Positions 38,951 through 51,232 of a stretch of 64,000 nucleotides of DNA are shown in pieces. The notes under the pieces are model-generated. The model was not told where the DNA came from. It ran no database searches and saw only the letters and a program-made list of their open reading frames with translations. The DNA is from Tubulanus polymorphus (lineage: Eukaryota; Animalia; Nemertea), in NCBI RefSeq assembly GCF_964204645.1, contig NC_134030.1, positions 4,940,778 through 5,004,777 of the forward strand, in the 5' to 3' direction. The number at the start of each line of letters is the position of its first letter. Positions within the stretch are counted from its first letter, which is position 1. The position numbers were made by a program, and so were the translations under genes.

Positions 38951-41900
38951 ATGAAGAGATCTATAGAGAGCGGTGATGAACTAGAGCACATGGTTGTGAA
39001 AGAACCGAGGTTGAATATCACCGATGCAGAAGTTGAAGGGTTAACAGTCGTTTCCGAAAAAGACATCGATGAACAGCAGTTAGTATTTTCTATTTTCATT
39101 GATATACCAGGGTCCCTACGACTAACTCCCTTTTAAACAGAAAATGCTTTTAAATGTGCTTGAAACTCCTTTAATTTGAACAAAATGCCCAAAACTCCTT
39201 CAATTTTAGAAAAAGGCGATCGGAAATTTTGTCTAGATTGTAGTCAGTAAACTACACCTAAAAAACGATTTGGGACCTGGATTTTTTCTTTAATGAATCA
39301 CGCAGTTACCGAATTAGAAACTGAGTTTTAGTTGTGTAAAAAATGAAAATTTGCTTTGTAAATTGTAGAGTATTTGTTACGGCTGATGGCGACCACGGAA
39401 ATATATTCGTTACCGATGATTTAACGGTTCAGGAACCGACGATCGTCCAAGATTTAACGATTGTAGAAGAGGAAAATGATGATGATGACGACGACGATGA
39501 CATGGCGTCGATTCACCGGTCAGCGCTTGATCAGTTCGAGCTGCAGGATTCCGCTCATACCGTACAGAATATCGTCGTTCAACACATGGACATCGCTGAA
39601 CCCCTGACCGTATTGAGAAAACTACTAGAATCTAAATTACAATGCAGTTTGAAGGGACATGATTTCTACCTTCAAGATCAAATTCTTGTAAGTCATTTTC
39701 AGTTTGTTCTGATATTGTAAGGTGTGCTGTCAGTTTGAGCGATTAAGCAACGCGTATTTGAAATAATATGTAAAATACTGTGTAGAAAGTTCACTGATCC
39801 AAATCTTAAAAAGTGAAAAAAATGATTTTAGAATTGACCCGGATGTTTCGGGTTGCATTTTATTACAATTTGTTTTATTTACTTTTTATCGAAAAAGACT
39901 TTTCTTGATTATTATCATAATTTCTAAGATGCACAAATGGACAAAGCAATATTACCAACATTACATCTAGCATGGGCTTTGATTTAGGTGTTGTTAATAG
40001 TGTTTGAATCGAAATGAAATTCATGTAAAGTGAAAATTATTTAAGCCTACAATGCCAGTCTTTGGACCAATGTAAAACATTGGGCTTAAAAGTTGGTAAA
40101 TTAGTTCTCTGAAAAATGTTGGCATCAAGTGAGCAGTGGCATAAAAAAAGAATGGCGTTATAATGGACATAGATCGTATTTACTTTTGATATAATTTCAG
40201 TTGGATCCAAAGAAGAATCTAGTTGAACAATGTGTCCAGGGTGAGGGAACTGTACAGATCAACGTGGAAATTAAATCTCAACCAGGCATTAAACCGATGA
40301 TCAACATTGTCGATATACTAAAACAGACTGAAGAAATCATTGAAACCACAGTTGAACCAGAACGTAAGTTACACTAGTATATGTCGCTAAGTTGAGCAAA
40401 TGAAAACCCTGAATATAATGTAAAATCTAAAATTTGGAGTCTGGAATATTTATAATAAGCTAGTACACATAGTTTATATCAACATTTCGAATCTATGATT
40501 ATCCTTATAGTCATCTTCAGTCAAGATGTTGGAATTGACTACAAACTCAAGGAAACATTGTGGACTGTTCTTTTTCAATTTTTCGTTGTGGGATTTTATA
40601 TTATTTTCACAACCCAGACAGAGTGTTTCATTCCTGAATATTGTTGGTAAACATTGTAGTTTCCTATCATTTTAGCCGAGCCAACTCCACCTTCTAAAGT
40701 TGTGATACCATTTCATGAAAGTTCTGAACACGTGACACGATGGATCGTCGACCAAAACTTCCGCAAAGAACAAGAACGACTTAAAATACCTCTCGGTTAG
40801 TAAAAATCACTGAACACAATATGAAAATGACTTGAAAAGGGCCCTATTTGATTTCTTTCACTTCTCTATTGCAGACCCGTCGCAATGGAATATAAGTCAT
40901 GTGAAACACTGGTTACAGTGGGCGGTTAAAGAGTTTAATTTGACAAATGTCGATGTACACGGATTCAATATGACTGGACGTCAACTGTGCGATCTGAAAC
41001 ACGACCAGTTCACCAGTTATATCCCCAGCGATCGTAATGACATCTTCTGGACACATTTAGAACTATTGCGAAAGTGTAAATTTGTCGGTGAGTGTTTATC
41101 AAATTAGTTGTCTCCAGTCAGGATCGAGTCAAAAATGTTTTTGAAAACGTTTCTAATAAGTCTGAATTCAGATCTGCTACTAAAATCTCCTAATTGCTGT
41201 GTGATTTCTGTTTTAGCCGTAGTTCAACAGCCGACTCCTCATGCCATAACAACGGTCACTGTTTCAACATCTGGCAATGATTACGCACCTGTTGGTAAAT
41301 ATTCTGACTTCGTCAATCAATCTAAAATTGTTAAGAATCTTTCTTTGAAATGCATTTTAAATCTTTCTTTTAATTCTTTACAGCCGCAAAAATTGGCAAA
41401 CCTAAATATAAAAGTCGGCCACCGCGAATATCAGATGATCGAACTTTGCCTGGCAACAGGACCGGTGAGTAACACATTAAAACTGTTAACTGTTTATAGC
41501 GATCAGGTCCAGCATTAGTTCCTGAGTTCCAGTATCACAGCAACACAGAAGGGTCCTTCCCTGGAAAATGTAGGAAATTTGCTGCCTCCTAATACAATGT
41601 TGAGCATTTTTGGGCGACATCTAATTAAATTTCCCACATAAGAATCCTATTAGATTTTGAATTTTACCTTCGTTCATCGCTCATGCAGTAATGGTCATCA
41701 GATGGATCCATCTGTGATGATGTTTATTACGTTAAATGACAAAATTGTTTCATTCTTTTAAGGAAATAATGGGCAGATTCAGTTGTGGCAGTTTCTGTTG
41801 GAATTGCTGACTGATAAGGAATGTCGTGAGGTGATTCACTGGGTTGGTGATGAGGGCGAGTTCAAACTGAATCACCCGGAGCTCGTTGCTCAGATGTGGG

Positions 41901-42429
41901 GCTCGAGGAAAAATAAACCGAATATGACGTACGAGAAATTAAGCCGCGCCCTCCGGTATTATTATGACGGAGATATGATCGCTAAGGTGAGTTTTAATAA
42001 ACAGCTCCAGGGTCGACACTTACCTGTAAATTGGGGGGTTTCCATCTATATTTGACATATTTGACTTTCTTAATTGATTAGATTGTTATAGGGGAACCGA
42101 CTTACATTTCAGGGAATAACCGGTCAGGGAAAAGCAAATCAGATAGAAGTGACCACCTCAGATCTTTTTCCTAGGATTAGAATTGACAATCATTTCCATT
42201 ATCGATTAGCCTTTGAATAGTAATACTGAGTTTGTTTTGGTTATTTCAGGTTCATGGAAAACGTTTTGTGTATCAGTTTATCTGCGATCTGCGTATGTTG
42301 CTAGGATACACGGCAGCCGAGTTGAATCGACTCGTATCGGAAAGTTCGGAGCGGTTTATGAATAAAGTTCGTGTGGCGTTCTCTCCCGGAGCGTCGGGTA
42401 GCGGCACGACTAAAATCATCATGAAATGA
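38951..42429 (+). CDS. GABPA: GA-binding protein alpha chain (ETS factor, ELG/Ets97D class), 9 coding exons, 501 aa
   Basis: Exons 38951-39078, 39369-39687, 40201-40363, 40676-40795, 40875-41087, 41217-41294, 41384-41464, 41763-41986, 42250-42429 join in frame (1506 nt). OST domain ([15 protein letters not shown]...[16 protein letters not shown]), PNT domain ([21 protein letters not shown]...[10 protein letters not shown]), [23 protein letters not shown] domain, and the GABP-beta-contact tail [19 protein letters not shown]. Confidence 0.96.
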
Positions 42430-42483
42430 TGATAGTTTGTGGTGAAATGATAATGATACGGACTGCTTTACTCTCAGTTAGGG

Positions 42484-42607
42484 CAGTGGAGCCTCGGTTC
42501 AACAAACTTTAGGGCACCAGAAAATCAATTTGTTATAACCGATAGTTCAACGTTGTATACAGTGTAAAATTAATTATATTCGACTTCCTTATAACGAGGT
42601 TCTGCTG
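42484..42607. mobile_element. pogo/Tigger-like MITE in the GABPA 3' region
   Basis: CAGTGGAGCCTCGG...CGAGGTTCTGCTG imperfect TIRs; a related end lies near 26600-26620. Confidence 0.5.
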
Positions 42608-43005
42608 TTCTCATATTTAAGAGACATCTGAAGAATATTATTTATGTGATGCAAACTGTACTCCTGGATATATTGGACACTTAGGAGTCAATTGTGTCAT
42701 TCTCCATTACTAATGTATATTGATATATTGTACATACTGTAAATCTATAATGAATTCTTATTTGTACAGAAAAAAATAAATGTCTATTATATATAATACA
42801 CTTCAAATGTTGATTATTTCGATTTTTCTGCGAGATTGCGATCTCCTTTCTGGACAGGGTGTTGTATTTACGTCGATGGTAATCTATAGGATAACTTGAT
42901 CCATGAAAGATCAATCGGGAATGATCAATATGCGGCCTCAAGCAAGAAGTGTCACCATTAGGAGTTGATCATTGAAGTGAAAAGAAAGTTTGGATGTACA
43001 GATAA

Positions 43006-43224
43006 GGCTAAACAAAAATCATACCTTGTTTCTCCGCAGCGGCCGGGTAATTTTTGTAAAATATGATAAAATTTGTAAACATTTCATTTCTATAGCGGCC
43101 GGGTCTGTTATGGTACAAATGATCACGATTTAAAAAAAAGTAATGTATAGGGTAGATAGGCGGCCGGCCGGATCAACATTTAAGCTCAGCAGAGCGGAAA
43201 ACAAGGTATCAATTTTTTTTAGCC
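43006..43224. mobile_element. PIF/Harbinger-like MITE with TAA target-site duplication
   Basis: TAA|GGCTAAA...ATACCTTGTTT ... AAACAAGGTAT...TTTAGCC|TAA. Confidence 0.75.
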
Positions 43225-44200
43225 TAAGTATATTTTTGATATTCAAGACTTAAAAACATCACTCACAAATACAGAGAGTGTATACAAATCAAGCACCAAT
43301 GTTATTAACATACGTTGGTTGAATTTATACATATTCACGTAGACAATGTTGTAAGTTAAAGTATATAAATTTTAACAAGCAAACAAAATAAAACAAATGC
43401 ATTTCATAAGTCGATGAATTTGTCTAGTATATGGTACATTTTAGAACACATGATTCCATATACAAGTTCAATTAAGAAAGTCAAAATTACACGCATGAAC
43501 CGGTAATAGATTTTACAAAATTAGAAAAAGACTTAAGTGGTTACTATAGATCAACGAAGGCAGAATATAACTCAAGTGTACATAACGTAGGTCCATGTAC
43601 CAGGAAGAGTGTAAATATAAAGTGTGGAACTGGAATACATGTATAAATACGGCCAGCTGTCCGATGAAAGGAAGGTTGATCTACTAATATACATAAAACG
43701 AGCTGCTTTACAATGACTAGAATAAAGAGGTCATCGTTTTAAAGATGATCAAATTCTCCCGTCCCCTGAAATTCGTTGTAATAAAATCGTACTAATTAAT
43801 ACAAGTAGTAAATAAATCTATGTTAGCTGTTATTATACCTTAGATTTTGCATTCAAACTTAGTAATTACAGTAATGAATATTTATATATCACATTGATTG
43901 AATGAAAACAAATATCCAACATTTAACTTTGATATCGTTTACGTAGCCCTGGAAGCTTTTAATCGAATGGATTCTTCTAGAATTTCATTCATGATTACAT
44001 AGACATACAAAATGTTTGACGTGAAATCTAATTCTTATCTATTGGTTTCATTGAGCAAAGTGTGGACAAACATTGATTTTAAGAACAGCAGAAATGATAT
44101 CTTCACTTTCACTGAACTTTCAAAACATCTGCTGAATGTTAAGATTCAGGCAATAAAAAACACAAAACGATAAGATCAATAACGACCAAATCGTCTGTAA

Positions 44201-47200
44201 TCATAAGCCATCTTTAGGAGGTGGAACAAGCTGTATTTCCTCAGCCACCGGTGCCTCCTGTTGACTGAGTAAATACATCGTTAGGTCGACCCCCAAATCT
44301 GATAATTTTGACAGAAATTCCATCTTTGCTTCATTCTCCATTTTTTCACATTCTGAAAATGACATACATATATATATAAGTGTAAACTATAGGAGTGTTA
44401 TGCTAGTATATTAATCCAGAGTACAACACTTACTAAGATTGAATTCTTGTTGGATATCTAGTCTTTTAATGAGTTCTGTATTTTCACTGAGACGAATCTC
44501 ATCCTGGTGGCTTTGTTTCATTAATTGCAGTGATTGGTCGTGTGCCTGACGACTTTTCTCAATATCTTGTTCTACAACAATAAATGTTCTAAATTGTCCA
44601 ACGAGCATTGAGAATGAAGCAGAGATTGTTCACACTGCCAGCCAATGACATTCAATTGCATAATATCAAACAGTACACAAGAAGGATCAGTTACAAGATA
44701 ACTCGTGACAATGTTCGTTCACAGAACAGACGAACCACGAGATATCTTGAGACATTTGAAAACATACTTGCTGTAGTTCGCGCTTGCTCGCGATTCGTTT
44801 TAAAATCTTTCACTTTCAATTCTTGTTCCTGAATTTCTGCGTTTAATCTCAACTGCGTACGCGATTGGACAGCTCGATCTTGCATCGCCTTAAAAATAAA
44901 ATCATCGATCTTACACTAATCATGCCCATGTAATTTTTAAAGGTTTTTGACGTGGATCTTGTAATGAAAGTGGGTGATTCTAAATGTATAGTTTAAAGAA
45001 TGGAGTATATGCTGCAAGAGTTGAATTCGGAGCAGGAACCGACAGATTTTTTTTAGAATAGAAGCCTGTAGATGGGTGTTAAAGCATTTTTAGGTAGAAC
45101 TGACGCATCATGCAGTTTTCACCATATTCAGCGCAATGTAAAGGGGAATTCCACATCCTGGATTCATTTCAACATTTGAGAGTTAGGGTTAACTCTTGAG
45201 TTATAATTAGTTCACTTTCAATGGATTACAAGTCACATCTGAACACAGAACCATGAAACTAGAGATCCTGGAATCGTCCTGTGATCCGTGAAATGATAAC
45301 CAACGACATTATGTACATACCTGTAACTGGTCGCTGGAATGGTAACCAGTGTAGACAACTTTATTGATGTCGAACCCAATTCGTTCACATCTTTGTAACA
45401 GTTGCGGGAATGTTTCTAATTGGCTGAATTTGGACGTATTCTTGAGGAAATCTTGGAAGCTAAGTTTGCCAACAACAGCCACAACATCAGCACAAACAGC
45501 GCTATCAAAATAAACACAAGTCAATTAGGGAATCTGAATATCTTAAACCCACTACTTTGTTACATGGCATTTTTTTCCTGTCTGGTTTGGTTTGCAAATT
45601 TGCAACGTTCTGATTTAAGATTTTCAACTTAAGATTTTTCATCCATGAAAATGACCAGAAACCACAGTACTAACATGTCAACAAATGTTTTGTGGTTCAA
45701 CCAGAAAGGCAGTTTAGGTCAAACTGGTTGATGGTTAAGACCCATATGTAGAAGGAATAGCAATTGCTTTTACTCACTTGATCATGTCTGCTATTGGATC
45801 ATGAGTTGCTTCTAACTAAAAACAAAATGATAGTCGATCATTTTGTAATCAAATAAATATTCACAATGTGGTTAATAGCACTAAAACGTTCAGATATCAG
45901 TACAGAGAATTATGATGTCGAAACATGGGATAAATAGATTTATAGCTGAAAGAAAAACTTTTCAGACTTTATCTTTCTTTCGTGGGATTCTCTATGGTCA
46001 CAACACGGAATAGTGTTTCATCAACTGGTTCAGATATAAATATGTGTTAATTATGAGCAAGGAGAATCAATACTCCGTAGTTACCATTTTAATGATGTCT
46101 TTCATTTCGTAAAATAACATCAGTTTTACTGTAATCATAGTATCATCCACTGTTCGAACATCGCGCACCTTTCATAAAGAAAAAAAAATACAAAAAGAAA
46201 TTCTAGGTAGATATTCTGAAGTATATACTAGGGGCGGATTTAAGGGGTGGTCTCGGACCGCTGTCTTTTACGGTACTTTTCGTCAAGACAGAGATAGTTA
46301 AAACCTGCCAATTTGACACTGATCTCTCAGAATTTGCATCCTTAAGGGTGTATTTCTTCAAAAATATCGAACCCTAATAGAGGCACCCGCTAGTGGCCTT
46401 CCTTCTGGACCCCATCCTTCCAATCTTTCTAGATCCGCCCCAGATATACTTATTACTAGTAATTGAATTCTACGGCATAGTTATAGTTTTTCATACGGTC
46501 AGTAGTTTCTGAATTAGTTGAACATTCGAATTCCCTTACATCATAATAGAAGTTTTCAGGAATGGTAGTAAGTTTCTGAAATGTCCGACTGCCGGGAATC
46601 ATTCTAGATTTCATTGCTGGATCGGCGCCATGCCACTGAAATTCATGCAGCCTACAAAACAAGAGGAAACAAGTCGATCTTTAAAGCAACACTGAAAGCA
46701 TCATTAACAGCTCAGTGCATAGTGGAATATTCACATCAACATTTCTACTTTTTTCACTCCTAAAAAACCTGGATTTCTATCAAAATCTTCAAATTATGAA
46801 TATTCTTAACATCGAATTTTGTGAGAAACTTTAGCCTTGGCTTTAACAATGGCAAAACAGAGCTTGGTCACCGTGATGACTATAAAATCAAGTTTGAAAA
46901 AAATGAGCCTAAATTAAGAGGAACTCAAATGATGTTTGTATTCAAGCATTTATGCTCCTTGATGTAAAACTGAAGAGAATATTCTGCAGAAAAGCGCATC
47001 AAAATTTCCTAATTTTAAACTTTAAAAAAACTTTCTCACAGGAATTATACAACTTTTAGAATATTCACAATTTTCACATCCACTGATTACTTCGATCTAA
47101 CGAGGACATTGGAATAAATGATCTACTGGTGATTACCATTCTTCAGCTGTAGGAATGAAGACAGTTGGTCCTTGTACAATACGACGTTCTACGTTATCTT

Positions 47201-48420
47201 TCACTTTTTTGTAAACGACGATCAAATGATTGGCGTCGATTTTTGTAGCGTCTTGCACGATAATATAGTCATACGCCAAAGGGTTTTCATAAAGATCACA
47301 AGGGCTGAAAAAAAATAAACACACACAAAACATGATCGTTGAACTAAGATCAAAACGCAAAAATATGTTTAACCATTTCAGTGCGTCTACACATAAATCA
47401 GTGATAGATTTCGCTAGTACACCGCACTGCGGTGTATTGATGTAATTAGTAATTATCTGTCTTGAAAAATGGCAGCACCTGTCAAACGTAGCGAAATACT
47501 AGTAACTAACAATACACTGCGCAGTTGTATAGATGCACTATAGTGGTATTACCTTTATTCAAAACACTAGGGTGGAATTTTTTAAAATTTTCAAATTATC
47601 TCCAGCACTATAGGGTATTAATTAGTCGGCACTGAAAGGGTTAAACCAGAACCATTAACTAACTCCAGTTAAGGTCACTTTCCTGCTATGTGGCACTAGA
47701 GAGTTACTGATTACAGCGATGAGATGCAAGATTCAACAATTTTCACATTTTTCGCATAGCCATTTGATCCTTTCTTCAGATTTCTTCACAAAATAGGATA
47801 TTTTACATTTCTTCGTACCAAAAAGAGGATTTTCACATTTTTCCATACCAAAAACAGAGTTTTTCAAAGCTTTTTTCAAAAGGGATATATACCCGAAACC
47901 ATTTCTTCATTTTTGAGGAGGTTTTATGGAAGAATTGCATAAGAAGTTAAACATGTTATAGACAATGCAACAATTTCAGCCTGTAATTAGGGTATACAAA
48001 TCGTCACATAGGCTAATTTCCTAAATTTTCACATTTTTCAGATGCATCTCAACCCTTAAGGATAGCTTAACTGCAGCCGTTTCGATAATGTACATTAAAT
48101 TTTCCGAAGTTTTACCCGGGTAAGTGAGACAAGACGCCATCTTTATTCTTGATAACCATATACTGGTCAGGAGTACACGTGTGCCTTCGTAATTTCACTA
48201 GACGTTGCCGAAACAGAAAAATCTGCGCAATAAGAGAAAACGCCGTTCTAATTGATTATCTAAATAAGCGTCACTGCGTGCAAGAGTAATCATATATAAT
48301 AATTATGTTCAGTTGCTCCTAAATCAACTTTACCCGGTGTGGGCCTTTGATAAGGCGTCCTTCACCGAGGTGATTAAATACTAATGCTTGTTCCCCTTGA
48401 AGGATTCTTTTGAATTTCAT
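44201..48420 (-). CDS. Short major-vault-protein-like / SPFH (band 7) domain coiled-coil protein, 10 coding exons, 395 aa
   Basis: Exons 48420-48334, 48222-48116, 47304-47137, 46651-46540, 46168-46085, 45815-45778, 45501-45321, 44888-44768, 44571-44434, 44352-44201 join in frame (1188 nt). Three N-terminal beta repeats end in GP (RLIKGP, SHLPGP, RRIVQGPTVFIP), followed by a shoulder/SPFH-like segment PENFYYDVRDVRTVDDTMITVKL...DPIADMINAVCADV and a Q/E/K coiled coil. The gene model is strong; the MVP kinship is inferred. Confidence 0.8.
46229..46443. mobile_element. MITE (hAT-like TIR) in intron
   Basis: TAGGGGCGGATTT...AGATCCGCCCCAG. Confidence 0.65.
47373..47640. mobile_element. piggyBac-like MITE (TTAA TSD)
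   Basis: TTAA|CCATTTCAGTGC...GCACTGAAAGGG|TTAA; near-identical inverted copy at 62420-62688. Confidence 0.9.
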
Positions 48421-48681
48421 GCTTGCTTTATCTCAATTGGACTTGTTTCTTCTTAACTGTAAAAAAGAGAAAATCAAAATGAATTATGAAATACTTCAAA
48501 AAAGAAGGAAGTCTTAGGCTATTTAGTTTTTTAGGTAGGTGATATTTTGCCAATGCGGTATTATTCCTGTTAACGCTATTTTGCCAATGGCTCGTTCTGA
48601 TTGGCTAATTGACACTGCACATGCGTAGCGACGTGTGAGAAAATTCGAGGAAAGTGTTTAGAACAGAGTTAGAGAAAAAAA

Positions 48682-48710
48682 GGAGCATAGAGCGGGATTC
48701 GAACCCAGAC
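48682..48710 (-). mobile_element. tRNA-derived SINE fragment (B-box)
   Basis: Minus strand GGGTTCGAATCCCGCTCTATGCTCC. Confidence 0.35.
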
Positions 48711-51232
48711 TACCAAATTGTTATCAATAACAATATTCAGTAGTTAGTTCACGGCTTGGTCTCGCAAAAAAGAATTCAAATCTTTATTATTATTGCCATT
48801 GATGCCTTCACATTTTCAATGAGGACGACAATTCAAACTTAACCGTTTTAGGCTTAAACTTTTTCATGAAACTGGGCCCAGGTTCCAATCTTTCCCAAAA
48901 GCCCTCCTTGGTAAAAGCCCTAGGTGCGATACAGACGGATTTTGCCGATTATTTTGGATTGATCGCACGATTTAACAATCTTAAATATTCCTCGAACCAC
49001 TTGGTTTAACGCAGAAATTCTCCGAATTATCTTACTTGAAACAGATTGGGGTAAAAGTGCACCTCTCGTGATTGACGCAATCTACAGAATGACAGAATCC
49101 AGGCTACAATCTTTCTGGTGAAGACTTAAAATTAACCAATGCCTGGCAATGTATGAATTGCTGATGACATTTTGAATCTACCCAGATTGGATTATTAATA
49201 ATGAAGACAAAGTTACGAACTGTTGTCTGTTGAAGTAACATACCTATCGACCGATTAGTCAGTAAACCTGTCTGTGCCGTCGTCGTGGTTTAGTTTGAAA
49301 CTGTTTGACTTTGAGTGTTTCAGTTTCACGATCCGGATCGGATATTTTCACAAACCACAGTCGAGTCAGGAATGGGACCACCGATCAATCAGATATTTGC
49401 ACAACAATGACATAGCCTTCTACAAATTCCTAATAAGTCCACTTACCTAATGCAACATAAAAAAACAACATATACTCGTCTAATTTAGGCCCTGGCCGCC
49501 GCCGAATGAATAACGACGATCGAATGAATAAATGAAACGGAAACAGGTTAAACTGCAGCAGTGCAGCATTCGCCCGTGAGATGACCTGGGATACGTGTCC
49601 CGTCATAGGTCCCATAGAAAATGAAAACTTTGCATTTTATAGACGAAATGTCGAAAGTTACTGAACTCGATTGCCGGTTTACTATACACTGAAAATAAAG
49701 TTAAGAACATGTTAACAATCTAAATTTATCAATGATATCAATAAATTGAAGCATTAAATGCATAGAACGGAACTCAAATCAAATTGATTTCAAAGCATTT
49801 GATTGAGTTCTGATTGAGTTGGCTCATTGTCTGGTGTTCTCGGCATGTGGCTGGCGACGGAGAGCTGAAAAGCTTTCGAACATTAGTTTTGTTCCATACC
49901 AGGTTTTCATCGCTCTTCTCTTTTTTCTTCATTTCAGGACTCCCAAGAAGTTGAAGAAGAAGATGCTAGAAGGTGACAACAGAAGATGGCGAAAAAAATA
50001 CTGAACTCGGCAATCTTGAAAGTTAAGTTGATACCCATGTAAATTAGGATTAATGATGAAGAAATGTGTGACTACAAAATGTTTTTCTTTTACGCAATTT
50101 CAGCTTCGACGAAGCCCAAGAAGACAAAGAAGTACTTCGATTTTGAGAAAAGATTAAGTAAAATCGACCGACGATCACACAACTATATCTGTACTTCGAT
50201 TTCGAGAAAAAAAATTAGACAAAATTATCTTCAACCTTGTAAACTTTCGGACTACTTATATGAAAAAAAGACCAAATATTGTAAAATTATCGAAAAAAAT
50301 GATGTAAAATCGACCGACGATCACACAACTATATCTGTACTTCGATTCCCACCTGTTTCGCTCCTGGCAGGTGTGTCATGATCGTAAGGGACACCAACTC
50401 AAAAAGTCAAACGAGAGCTCATCATCTAAGATCTGCCGATTAGAGAACAGTGCGCAGAAGGGGCCAATTTGGATGAAACTCAACCAACCAACTTAAGAGA
50501 TCCTCCGATAATGAACCCAGCCATCATAAAAGGTAATTTGATATTTGATACAAACTTGGAACATTTTAACCGATACTGAACCCAGCAAACTTGAAATGTA
50601 AGTTGATTTTTGGCGAACCGTAGGTTTGCCTATGCAAATGGTCTGGAGAAGCAGTTTTCATTGAAAATGAATAGAGTACCGGTGTGTCAACAAGGCACAA
50701 ACATTGGCTGTTGAACCAATACTGTTGATTTTTGGTGTCATGGTTTGTCTTATAATGAGTTCTCGAGCCCACAAAAATTTCATAGTGATCAAATTATTTT
50801 AAGGGGACTTATTCTTGAAAAACACGTAAAAACCCTGCTTTTTAGCACTAATGGCACGTTTTCATATATGAGAATTTGCATACTTGGAATTGAAATATAT
50901 ATAAGTTCAATCCTTCCTGGAAGTGTTGCCGTTTTTTTTGCGACTCATCTCGATGTACTTTTCGACCTACGGGTCCTCACTTTACGAACCCCCAAAATTT
51001 TCTCGCTTCTATTTATCTGAGTTGACCTTGTTACCTGAGCTACATTGAATGTGATTGGCTGTTTGTTGGATATACCGAAAATTCCGGGAACTTCTGATGT
51101 AATTGGGAAAGCCCATTGGGAAAACGCAATGTGGAACCCAAAACAAAATGGCGAGCATTTCATTCGACTAGGTATCGGATGTTCGCTTATAATTTGTTCG
51201 GTGTTACGAATATAACCGAGTAGGCTATTCTA

